Virus record (IMG/VR): IMGVR_UViG_3300023196_002944
Coordinates: 1 to 64,000 of that record
DNA: 64,000 bases
DNA from: a virus
Direction: 5' to 3' (one strand)
Shown here: positions 46,538 through 54,464 of the stretch, one piece after another
How positions within the stretch are numbered: position 1 is the first letter of the stretch
How the letters are laid out: every line of letters begins with the position of its first letter
Notes under the pieces: model-generated
Databases searched by the model: none
What the model saw: the letters and a program-made list of their open reading frames with translations, nothing else
What the model was told of the DNA's origin: nothing
Position numbers and translations under genes: made by a program

Positions 46538-46814
46538 GATGTTTTATCCATGCTTTGTAGGCTTCGGGTGATCCGTGACTGCCGGGCGGGGCGCAGTTGT
46601 AAATGTATTTGATGTATTCCAATAGACAGTATTGGTTGGTGCTGTCAGCGTGGCTGGCAGCATCGTAGTAGTTGTTGCTAATTATCAAACGTAAGAAATC
46701 TCCCGCTTCAGCGTGGTTGATGAAGTAGTTAGTCATACCTTCCCACATGTGAAGAGGGATATGATATTTCAGGCATGCGTCACGACATTCTTGGGTGGTG
46801 GTTGGGCAAGGCAT
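46524..46814 (-). CDS. Hypothetical phage protein
   Basis: 96 aa; IPxHM..G...Y......GDFL..I.SN...A...AD..N...P...HGS.E...W pattern common in phage early genes. Confidence 0.6.
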   Translation of the reverse strand: MPCPTTTQECRDACLKYHIPLHMWEGMTNYFINHAEAGDFLRLIISNNYYDAASHADSTNQYCLLEYIKYIYNCAPPGSHGSPEAYKAWIKHHETP

Positions 46815-47062
46815 TATTTTTTCTCCTTGTCTGCGAAGTATAGGTCCATCTGACGATCTTTCTCTGCTTCGTAGAGATAGTCGCCATATCCGTCGTCACC
46901 TTCGTCTGGGTCAGGTGCGTATTCATCGCATTCTTGGCATTGCCAGCCGCCGGGCTCTTCGGGGGTTTCACGAGTCTGTGGGTAAGGGGAGTCATAGTAA
47001 AATTCTGTGGTCTTACCACAGTGTTCACAATGAATTTGTCTGAGGTCACCGGTTTTTGGCAT
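46814..47062 (-). CDS. Small zinc-ribbon protein
   Basis: GGAG RBS before ATG 47062; CEHC...CQEC; acidic tail. Confidence 0.55.
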   Translation of the reverse strand: MPKTGDLRQIHCEHCGKTTEFYYDSPYPQTRETPEEPGGWQCQECDEYAPDPDEGDDGYGDYLYEAEKDRQMDLYFADKEKK

Positions 47063-47231
47063 CAGATTTGTCTCCGAAGAATTGTGCATGGCGGGTGCGA
47101 ATGGCGTTACCAAGGATTGAGTAGTAACTGTCAGTCAGGTACTCGGGCATTTCCATGATGTAGTCGAGAAGTTCAGATGCTGGCATTCTCATGATCCGTT
47201 CGACTTCAAGGTCGTTGGGTGATTTGGCCAT
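47046..47231 (-). CDS. Hypothetical protein
   Basis: 61 aa, AGGA RBS, fills the gap. Confidence 0.5.
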   Translation of the reverse strand: MAKSPNDLEVERIMRMPASELLDYIMEMPEYLTDSYYSILGNAIRTRHAQFFGDKSDAKNR

Positions 47232-47232
47232 G

Positions 47233-48138
47233 TCAGGTTCCTGTCATCGGTAAAGGATCAACTACACGGTAGATTTTACCGCGATAGTCTTTCTCTAGTG
47301 CGCCGATCCATGTGGGTTTGATCCAGATGCGCTGGCCATATTTTGGATGGTTGCGGAAACGTGGGTGGTCGAGACGACGCCAGTGTCCGCGTCGATCATG
47401 GCCGCGAGGGGAGGCGTGGTGTCCACCTTGAGATTCATGGGGTTTACTGGGCATGCGATTCAACGCGAGGATGACGGTGTAGTCATCATCTTTCCACGGT
47501 TTGTGTTTGATTTCTTTTGCAGTATGAAGATGACGGGGTTTATTTTTTGCTTCTATGAAGTAATGATCGCTTGTTTGGACCCATTGGTTCCATAAATAAA
47601 TAGTATTAAACAAAGAGACGATGACTCCGGTCATATAGGGCTGGCGTTCTTCAGGGCATAAAGAGTAGACTATATAAGGTTGAGGATCGGTATAGCCTGA
47701 TTGTTCTTCACGCCCGAGATTAAAGAAAGTAGTTTCGCGTATAGTATTATCTACTTCAGTGATAAGAGCAGCACGTGTAATTATTTCTTCACCGTTAGGG
47801 TCCATAAGATGACTAGGTTCAACAGATAAAAATAAAGCGGCGTGGTTGTGAACACCTTTTAGGTTTTTGGCGAAGTTAGAATCAGCAGAGTATTTTTTAG
47901 AAATTCTTTCGAGTTGGTTGAGGCTTAACTGAATAGTATAAATAGCGCGCCGAAAAGGTAGCCATTCTAGGTTCCAAAAAGCGCAGCTAATTTTTTCTTC
48001 AATAGATACGGGTCGAGGACTTGCTATGTCATTATATTGGTCAGGGGGGATTAATACGAGCGGACGTTGTCTCCAGTCATCTGCCAGTTCTGGTGACATA
48101 GCGTGTAGGTGTCGGATGATGTGCTTATCAATGCGCAT
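47233..48138 (-). CDS. Hypothetical protein with C-terminal SPRxHxRRGHWR motif
   Basis: 301 aa; HASPRGHDRRGHWRR...RIWIKPTWIG. Confidence 0.7.
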   Translation of the reverse strand: MRIDKHIIRHLHAMSPELADDWRQRPLVLIPPDQYNDIASPRPVSIEEKISCAFWNLEWLPFRRAIYTIQLSLNQLERISKKYSADSNFAKNLKGVHNHAALFLSVEPSHLMDPNGEEIITRAALITEVDNTIRETTFFNLGREEQSGYTDPQPYIVYSLCPEERQPYMTGVIVSLFNTIYLWNQWVQTSDHYFIEAKNKPRHLHTAKEIKHKPWKDDDYTVILALNRMPSKPHESQGGHHASPRGHDRRGHWRRLDHPRFRNHPKYGQRIWIKPTWIGALEKDYRGKIYRVVDPLPMTGT

Positions 48139-48141
48139 GGG

Positions 48142-48210
48142 CTATCCTATTTTTCTGGCTATGAGGGCGAGGATAATAATAATGACAAGGATGAAAAATA
48201 TGTTATCCAT
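48142..48210 (-). CDS. Putative 22-aa membrane peptide (not in ORF track)
   Basis: MDNIFFILVIIIILALIARKIG; TAATG-coupled to the upstream gene and ends 3 nt before the next start. Confidence 0.5.
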   Translation of the reverse strand: MDNIFFILVIIIILALIARKIG

Positions 48211-48629
48211 TAGTCAGGTACCGTTGTTTCAACATAGAGACTGCCGTCAGTGATGTTTTCTATGTTGTGACCTGAAGTAAACATGTGTTCGTGATCTTCA
48301 ATGGCTTGTAAAATATCTGGTATTTTTACTTTAAGGGCACGAGAAACACGACGTACAGTTGGAAATTCTGTTTTGTCTTTTTTCTGAAAGAATTTTTCTG
48401 TGTAGTTGTAAACTAACTTGGGCAGATTATTCATTCTTTCTAATCTGCGTTGATTTGCTTTTATCTTAATTTTGTCTTTTGCACGTTCTCTAATTGAAAA
48501 GGAGTCATATTGCATACAGGCACGTAAAAGATTGGCACGAATAGAATTGAACCCGCTTTTGATGATGTCGTCAGCAATCCAGCGGGTGTTTTCTTCTAAG
48601 AGTTTATTGAGTTCTATCGGTATGCCCAT
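48210..48629 (-). CDS. Hypothetical protein, possible C-terminal winged HTH
   Basis: 139 aa; FPTVRRVSRALKVKIPDILQAI. Confidence 0.5.
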   Translation of the reverse strand: MGIPIELNKLLEENTRWIADDIIKSGFNSIRANLLRACMQYDSFSIRERAKDKIKIKANQRRLERMNNLPKLVYNYTEKFFQKKDKTEFPTVRRVSRALKVKIPDILQAIEDHEHMFTSGHNIENITDGSLYVETTVPD

Positions 48630-49114
48630 CAGAAGTTTCCTTTCTCCACTTGCAGAGTCTTGATGCCGAGGTCACGCCACATCTCCACGACTTGGGTACG
48701 GTCGTCGACAGCAAAGAGAATTTCACGATCTATGAAGTAAGCATCGTGAATTTCTTTTTTGATGACATAGTCGGCGCGGTAGTCTTTATTTTTACGCATA
48801 TGCAGGAAGTGAAAAAATACGCCGTGATCTTCAAGCCAGTTAATAGTTTTCTCACGACTGCTTTCCATGCGACCAGAAGTTAAATGAATTTCGTAGCCGG
48901 CAAAATAAATCATTTGGTTTAAGCGGTAGATAGGATCGATCAACGTGTCCTTGGCGATCTCGGAGTCGGAGTGAAATTTCTTCCAGTCAGGCTTGAAGTT
49001 GACTTGGACATCGACGAGCGAGGGTTTGATAAGGTGTAGACGGTGAGTGATGTCAGCGAGTGTGCCATCGATATCCATGATGACTATTGAAGGGGGTGTA
49101 TTGTAATTACCCAT
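48629..49114 (-). CDS. HAD-family phosphatase (T4 PNKP 3'-phosphatase-like)
   Basis: DIDGTLAD, SGR, MR...D.R.D...K, DDRTQVVEMWR.LG..TLQV motifs. Confidence 0.85.
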   Translation of the reverse strand: MGNYNTPPSIVIMDIDGTLADITHRLHLIKPSLVDVQVNFKPDWKKFHSDSEIAKDTLIDPIYRLNQMIYFAGYEIHLTSGRMESSREKTINWLEDHGVFFHFLHMRKNKDYRADYVIKKEIHDAYFIDREILFAVDDRTQVVEMWRDLGIKTLQVEKGNF

Positions 49115-49439
49115 TTTTTTCTGCCTTTTTTAGTTCTTCTATTGCATGGAAGGATTCTGCAGATAATGAGTCGAGTTCGATTTTCATATACATTTGAATT
49201 GAATGTAGATCGGAGATTGACGGTTGGCGTACACGGAAATTTAGATACGCGCATAACAATAAATTGGCTGATGTGTATTCAGCAAGGGCAGCTATAGTAA
49301 GTTTAGAAGGTTGAACCTGCATACGTTTGGGAGCGCCACGAAGAAATTTGTAGAATTCTTTTGTGTCTTCGCATTCATCGATAACTTTGGTCAGAGTGTC
49401 GGTGAGTGCCTGAATGAATTTGCCGCTGTCGAGTTCCAT
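49107..49439 (-). CDS. Hypothetical protein
   Basis: ATG 49439 overlapping the upstream gene; part of track ORF 49107..49475. Confidence 0.5.
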   Translation of the reverse strand: MELDSGKFIQALTDTLTKVIDECEDTKEFYKFLRGAPKRMQVQPSKLTIAALAEYTSANLLLCAYLNFRVRQPSISDLHSIQMYMKIELDSLSAESFHAIEELKKAEKNG

Positions 49440-49840
49440 AGTATTTTGCTCTCGGTTGCTTGGTGGGTGATCCATGCAATGACATCTTGACGTGTCAGTG
49501 GCATGGTGGTGGTGTCGATAGTGTTGTACCAGTCACGGTTCAAAAGAATGATGCTTCGTTTCATATCAGAAAGGATGACACCGACATTGCGCCCTTCGGC
49601 ATAACGTCCATCAATCCAACGAAGTTGTTTGCCAGATAGGCAGGGAACGTGAGTGCGAGTAACTAGGTTAATGGACTTGGGTAGTTTTTCTGCAAATTTG
49701 AATTCAATCCAGAAGTCACGTGCTGTACCGGAGAAGTAAGCATCAAGTATGCCCGATGTGATGTTGTCGTGGATTTTCCACGCATACACCACACCGGGCA
49801 ACTTTCCGGTTATGGTCCTCGTATGTGAGGACTCGTTCAT
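49391..49840 (-). CDS. PD-(D/E)XK nuclease (VRR-NUC/resolvase-like)
   Basis: GILDAYF...WIEFK...LSGKQLRWI pattern. Confidence 0.75.
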   Translation of the reverse strand: MNESSHTRTITGKLPGVVYAWKIHDNITSGILDAYFSGTARDFWIEFKFAEKLPKSINLVTRTHVPCLSGKQLRWIDGRYAEGRNVGVILSDMKRSIILLNRDWYNTIDTTTMPLTRQDVIAWITHQATESKILWNSTAANSFRHSPTL

Positions 49841-49843
49841 GGT

Positions 49844-50518
49844 TTAGTCGGATTCAGGCTCTGGTTCCGACCACAGTAACGGTTGCGCTTCCGCATGTAG
49901 CGGGTAGCACGCGTCCAGATTCTCGTTTTTGCCGATGTCATTGAAGAGAAGGTTTGGATAAACCTCATTCTTGTTGAAGCTGATTTCAGTGACTACAGCA
50001 ATCGGAGTTGAATTGGTCGCTATGTTGATACGCTCGACATAAGCTGCCCAACCTGTAAGTCCCTTGGGGGCGACTTTCAGGATCATCACATCATTACCGT
50101 GTTTCGGGTTGGCGGGAACCACGGCAAGACGTGCGTAGTTGGTACAAGCTTTACCTCGCTTGTTGGCAGCAGACTTATACTGATTCATTGGACAGTTAAA
50201 GCAGAGGTCATTCTGCTTGTTCTTTTTCTCGACATTCTCGCTTGGTGCGAGTTCTTTGACTTTACGAGCAAGTGCCCAACAGACAGGCGGGGAGTATACT
50301 CCCGGTACCCAGTCGTCGATGTAATACGCGTAGAAGTTTACAAAGTCGAGAATGACGACGTTCAGCGGGCCGGGTTCAGATCGGCCGTTGGGTAGAGTGA
50401 ACATCTTGCCCTCAGTTGAGATGTTAAACCCGGCAGGTTGCGGAAGAGAGTCCGCGAGATTTTCAGACTGTTCTGCGATTTGTTTCTGAATTTGAGTTGC
50501 AATATCGGTTCCACTCAT
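49844..50518 (-). CDS. Putative ssDNA-binding/annealing protein
   Basis: 224 aa with Cys cluster (VC, CFNCPMNQY, KAC) and acidic tail, inside the helicase/nuclease operon. Confidence 0.55.
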   Translation of the reverse strand: MSGTDIATQIQKQIAEQSENLADSLPQPAGFNISTEGKMFTLPNGRSEPGPLNVVILDFVNFYAYYIDDWVPGVYSPPVCWALARKVKELAPSENVEKKNKQNDLCFNCPMNQYKSAANKRGKACTNYARLAVVPANPKHGNDVMILKVAPKGLTGWAAYVERINIATNSTPIAVVTEISFNKNEVYPNLLFNDIGKNENLDACYPLHAEAQPLLWSEPEPESD

Positions 50519-50901
50519 TGCTTTCCACCTCGGTTATATGACAGTTTTCGCGTTGTGATGGGCTTTACACCCGGAATTACCGAACCTAACTTGATCATTT
50601 CCAGTACAGCTTTGGGAGCTAATCTGGCTTGGTACAAGAAAGGTTGGTTCGTTTCGACGACGTAATCACCAAAAGCTTGTGGGTCTTCCAGTGCCACAGT
50701 TTCATTTTCAGAAAAGAAGGCAGAGCCTAGATTCCCACGTGCAAGGTCGAGGCCAATAGCATCGAGATTGCTGGCAATAGACTCTTGGATTAGTTCAGCC
50801 TCCTTCTTTTTGTCACGAAGAGCGGCTTCAATGTCTGATTTTTCAGACAGAAGAGTCATCCACTGATCGATGAGGTTACCAAGGTTAACGGGGTCAGACA
50901 T
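50515..50901 (-). CDS. Coiled-coil protein (Gp157/Gam-like, tentative)
   Basis: N-terminal coiled coil and C-terminal IPGV motif. Confidence 0.5.
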   Translation of the reverse strand: MSDPVNLGNLIDQWMTLLSEKSDIEAALRDKKKEAELIQESIASNLDAIGLDLARGNLGSAFFSENETVALEDPQAFGDYVVETNQPFLYQARLAPKAVLEMIKLGSVIPGVKPITTRKLSYNRGGKQ

Positions 50902-50906
50902 TGGAC

Positions 50907-51146
50907 TTATGCCTTCTTTTTGGCCGCTTTCTTAACGGCTTTTCTGGGTGTGGCACCGGCTTTGATCTTGGCTTCCAATTTGCCAAGGGTAACCGTTACA
51001 TCGGCATTCTGAAGGGCGAGGGCTTCGACCTCCTTCATATCGCCAGCGGCGGCGGCGATGCCCATGTCAGTGCGGTTGGCGTCCTGTGCCAGCTTGAGTG
51101 CATCATGCATCATGCGAAACTCATCGGTGCTGAAACGTACATTCAT
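50907..51146 (-). CDS. Small protein with K/A-rich tail
   Basis: 79 aa ending TPRKAVKKAAKKKA. Confidence 0.6.
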   Translation of the reverse strand: MNVRFSTDEFRMMHDALKLAQDANRTDMGIAAAAGDMKEVEALALQNADVTVTLGKLEAKIKAGATPRKAVKKAAKKKA

Positions 51147-51421
51147 TTGTTGTCTTCCTTCATGTTGATTGTGAAATTCAGGTCACGTCGTTTTCCATAT
51201 CCGTGAGTTTCACGAAAACGGAGCAGGGCTATCCGCTCGACCTGAGTGATGGTGTAGCCCTGTGTATCAAACTTAACTTCGTCAGATGTTTTCACGCAGA
51301 ATGCTCTAACATTCCAATATATTAATATTGCTGACTTACTAACATTAGAAGGTCGTCGAGGGTTCCTTGCTTTTCTTGTAACCGATTGTACACTTCGGTT
51401 TCTATCGTGTCCAATGCGCAT
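51143..51421 (-). CDS. Hypothetical protein (start uncertain)
   Basis: ORF fills the gap and is ATGA-coupled to the next gene. Confidence 0.4.
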   Translation of the reverse strand: MRIGHDRNRSVQSVTRKARNPRRPSNVSKSAILIYWNVRAFCVKTSDEVKFDTQGYTITQVERIALLRFRETHGYGKRRDLNFTINMKEDNK

Positions 51422-52689
51422 ATGTGTATGGTCTCCGTTTTGCGGGTTTGGCCGGCGCGATAGATGCGCTTGTTAAACTGTAGATAGTGTTCAAGGTTAT
51501 AAGTTGGGCTGGTCCAGATAGTAGTTGTTCCCCGCGTTAGAGTGAGGCCGTGGGCACCAGTTTGTGGGTGAGCAAAGATGATTCTAAGCTCCCCTCGTTG
51601 AAACGCTTCTACGGCTTCTAAACGAGTGTCATCACTGGTGTCTCCGTCGATAACAGCAAATGTGAATCCTCTTTTGGCAGCTAGCTCAGTCAGCTTGTCA
51701 CGTTGGTGTTTCCATAAGAAAGCAATGACGCATTGTTGACGTTCTTCTACAAGGTCCATGATCAATTCATAGCGATCTTCAAACATGCAGTGCATACCAC
51801 CTGTCTGGTCGTAGACAGTTCCGGCTGTGATCTGCAGAAGTTTATTCATAAAATCTGCTGCATGGACTGGATCGATAGAACCGGGAACTGGGTTGCCAAA
51901 ATCCATAAATTTTTTGGCGATAAATTCTTGGTACTCCATTAAGACATGAGCTGGAATTTCGGTTTCGATGTTGTGAACGGAGTGTGGAGGAATGTCGATA
52001 CATTCTTCAAAGATATGACGAATGGTGCAGTCAGATATCATTCCGCTAACGGCATCTACAGCACCGGGTTTGTCAATCCAGCGAACCATTTTAGCGTCGC
52101 GTCCTACTTGCTGGGGTGCGCAGGTTGCCATACGAAAACCGTAGAAACTTTTGCCTAGACGTTCTCCTTCATCAAGGATGAACATTTGTGCCCATATATC
52201 AAGTACGGTATTAGGAATGGCTGTACCTGACATTAGGTAAATGTGTTTGAAATATTGCCGCATGTTGAATACAGCTTTGGTGCGTTTAGACCCTGGATTT
52301 TTGAACGCCGTAGATTCATCTATGACCAAGATGCCGAAGTACCCATCGATCCATTTAGGGTCAATGTAGCGGACGGCATCATGATTAGTGATGACAATGT
52401 CTGCTAGTTTATTTTTGAGGGCTTCTTCTCGGTTTTTATTTGTAGCAATGCAGAAGGTCATATGGGGGGCGTAGGTGCGAATGTCTTTGCCCCATGCCGC
52501 CCGTGTAATGGACTTTGGGCAAAGGACAAGAGCGCGACCACTGCCCTGTTTTTGCAGTGTGTCGATGGTATCGATTAATGAACGGGTTTTGCCAGTGCCC
52601 GGATCGGACATATCAAATCCGTAGGGCAAAGGAGATAAGTAATTAGTTGTTTTTACTTGGTGGTCAAACTGGGGTGGGATCGCTAGCAT
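51322..52689 (-). CDS. SNF2-family (SF2) helicase
   Basis: DPGTGKT, VIDEST, MSGT, HGLTL, QFNKRIYRAGQ motifs. Confidence 0.92.
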   Translation of the reverse strand: MLAIPPQFDHQVKTTNYLSPLPYGFDMSDPGTGKTRSLIDTIDTLQKQGSGRALVLCPKSITRAAWGKDIRTYAPHMTFCIATNKNREEALKNKLADIVITNHDAVRYIDPKWIDGYFGILVIDESTAFKNPGSKRTKAVFNMRQYFKHIYLMSGTAIPNTVLDIWAQMFILDEGERLGKSFYGFRMATCAPQQVGRDAKMVRWIDKPGAVDAVSGMISDCTIRHIFEECIDIPPHSVHNIETEIPAHVLMEYQEFIAKKFMDFGNPVPGSIDPVHAADFMNKLLQITAGTVYDQTGGMHCMFEDRYELIMDLVEERQQCVIAFLWKHQRDKLTELAAKRGFTFAVIDGDTSDDTRLEAVEAFQRGELRIIFAHPQTGAHGLTLTRGTTTIWTSPTYNLEHYLQFNKRIYRAGQTRKTETIHICALDTIETEVYNRLQEKQGTLDDLLMLVSQQY

Positions 52690-52698
52690 TTTATTACC

Positions 52699-53415
52699 TC
52701 ACATGAAATCTGGGCTATGTGGGCACTCATTGGAGTTGTTGGATGAGAATGGGCAATATCTGCAGTTCCATGCGTTGGGTTTTGCAGGAAACTCAGTAGC
52801 TGTAGTCATACATAAACCACGGTGCCAGAGTTTTTGTTCCATGTTTGTGATGGCTTCTTTATTGAAGCGTCTGTGAAACGGTTTGGTATTGGTTGAATCG
52901 AAGTACACAGCATAAAGGTCATAAGCTTCGATAGGAAATGGAAAGATGTGTTTAGCCGCGCAGCCATAAGCGATTAGTTGCTGCAAATGAACGACTTCTT
53001 TTCCTGTGCGTTTACCGGTTTTGTAATCGGTGATACTCAGGATGGCAAGTTCGGGGTTGTAGTGGCAGTAATCAGCACCGAAACGTGCCCACGCGTCGTC
53101 ATCATAATAGCCTGTAGATTTTAGATCATTGTCGAGGCACCATTTAGTTTCTACCCAAGTGTGTTTTGGGTACATCTCTATAGTGTCACGATATTCACTG
53201 AGTAAGTTTTTGTATGGCAAAAGACCTTCGGGAAGAGCAATTTTACCAAGAACAAAGTTCTCTGCCCATCCATGCCATTCGGTTCCACGAGCTAGTATCT
53301 CGTCTCGTTCTTGACTGGATTGGACGGGCAGTTTGTTTGGGCCATAAAGAAGAAGCGCTCGGTAAGGGCATTCTTCGAATTCTTTTAGACGACTCATTGA
53401 CCAGCTTTTGATCAT
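52699..53415 (-). CDS. Cas4/RecB-like PD-(D/E)XK exonuclease
   Basis: WSMSRL..F..CP, RGT.WH, D...DYKTGK, QL..Y, and a CRYCPF...C Fe-S-type Cys set. Confidence 0.85.
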   Translation of the reverse strand: MIKSWSMSRLKEFEECPYRALLLYGPNKLPVQSSQERDEILARGTEWHGWAENFVLGKIALPEGLLPYKNLLSEYRDTIEMYPKHTWVETKWCLDNDLKSTGYYDDDAWARFGADYCHYNPELAILSITDYKTGKRTGKEVVHLQQLIAYGCAAKHIFPFPIEAYDLYAVYFDSTNTKPFHRRFNKEAITNMEQKLWHRGLCMTTATEFPAKPNAWNCRYCPFSSNNSNECPHSPDFM

Positions 53416-54464
53416 ATGTTGCCTCCGGTGTTTTGGTTAAACCCCCATTCGTATTGCATTACGCATTTCTCTTCAAGATCACTTAGAAAATCGTCATAGT
53501 CAAATCCAAGTGTAGAATAGATGTATTCAGCAGCGGCATCTGATTCATACTTGAGAAGTTCAGCAATGAGTTCTAGGTGTTCAACACGAGTTCGATCACG
53601 AATGGGTTTTGGTAGTGATTTAGTAGTTGCTGTTTTTGGTAACTGGCTTTCATAGCCAAAACCGTCGCGTGCACTGCCATAACTGTAAGTATAACGGTAG
53701 TTGTCTTCGGATGGATTACGTTTGACAGGAAGTTCATGCCATTTTATATCGATCAGTTTGTCGGTGAGTTGCACAAGGTATTCTACATTAAGGTGTTCGA
53801 ATTTGCTGTGTTCCTCGTAGTATCCAATACTGATGTTGCTGCATTCGGGGACTAAGTGAACGTAGTTGGCGGTGTCAGTGAATGAACCAGTAGCAGGAGA
53901 GTGGCCCATATCTAGCTGTTTTGCCAAGGCATAGGCCCATTCTTGTGAACAGCAGACACCTGTCATTTGGCTGGTAATGATGTCTTTGGTGCCTTTGCGG
54001 TCGAATGCCAGAATCATATCAATGTCTTCTAACAGTTCGGGATTGAATTCAGCGATTGCATCGCTGCCAATACCTCCCATTTCTTCTCCGACGTGGAATA
54101 TGTATTGTCCCGGTACGTTGTACTTGATCAGCATTAACATGATCCATACACCTGCGCCGTCATCAGCACCTAAAACTCCCCCGTCGTGGTTAAAGATGGT
54201 GCAGGTGTCTTTGACTACAGCCAGTTGGTGACGAGTGTCTTTGTTGTGAACGGTATCAAGATGGCAGGAAAAAGCATTGCGGTAATTTTCACCAATGCTG
54301 ATTAGACGGTTGCCTGTACTATCAACAATGCATCCGGGGATTGGATCAATCCAGTCTTCTGCAAGTTGTGACTCATGTCTGCCGTTGTAAGGGCGTCCTG
54401 TGGAAAGAATGTTAAACAACGCAGGAACATTCAGTTCATATTTGGTGGGGGATAGTATTCTCAT
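53412..54464 (-). CDS. M20/M28-family metallopeptidase
   Basis: CHLDTVH, LGADDGAG, GEEMGGIGS, FDRKG, GSFTD, NISIGYYEEH motifs. Confidence 0.85.
   Translation of the reverse strand: MRILSPTKYELNVPALFNILSTGRPYNGRHESQLAEDWIDPIPGCIVDSTGNRLISIGENYRNAFSCHLDTVHNKDTRHQLAVVKDTCTIFNHDGGVLGADDGAGVWIMLMLIKYNVPGQYIFHVGEEMGGIGSDAIAEFNPELLEDIDMILAFDRKGTKDIITSQMTGVCCSQEWAYALAKQLDMGHSPATGSFTDTANYVHLVPECSNISIGYYEEHSKFEHLNVEYLVQLTDKLIDIKWHELPVKRNPSEDNYRYTYSYGSARDGFGYESQLPKTATTKSLPKPIRDRTRVEHLELIAELLKYESDAAAEYIYSTLGFDYDDFLSDLEEKCVMQYEWGFNQNTGGNI

Noticed and set aside
52699-53415. CRISPR-associated cas4
   Set aside because: No array or other cas genes; stand-alone Cas4-like exonucleases are common in phage replication modules.
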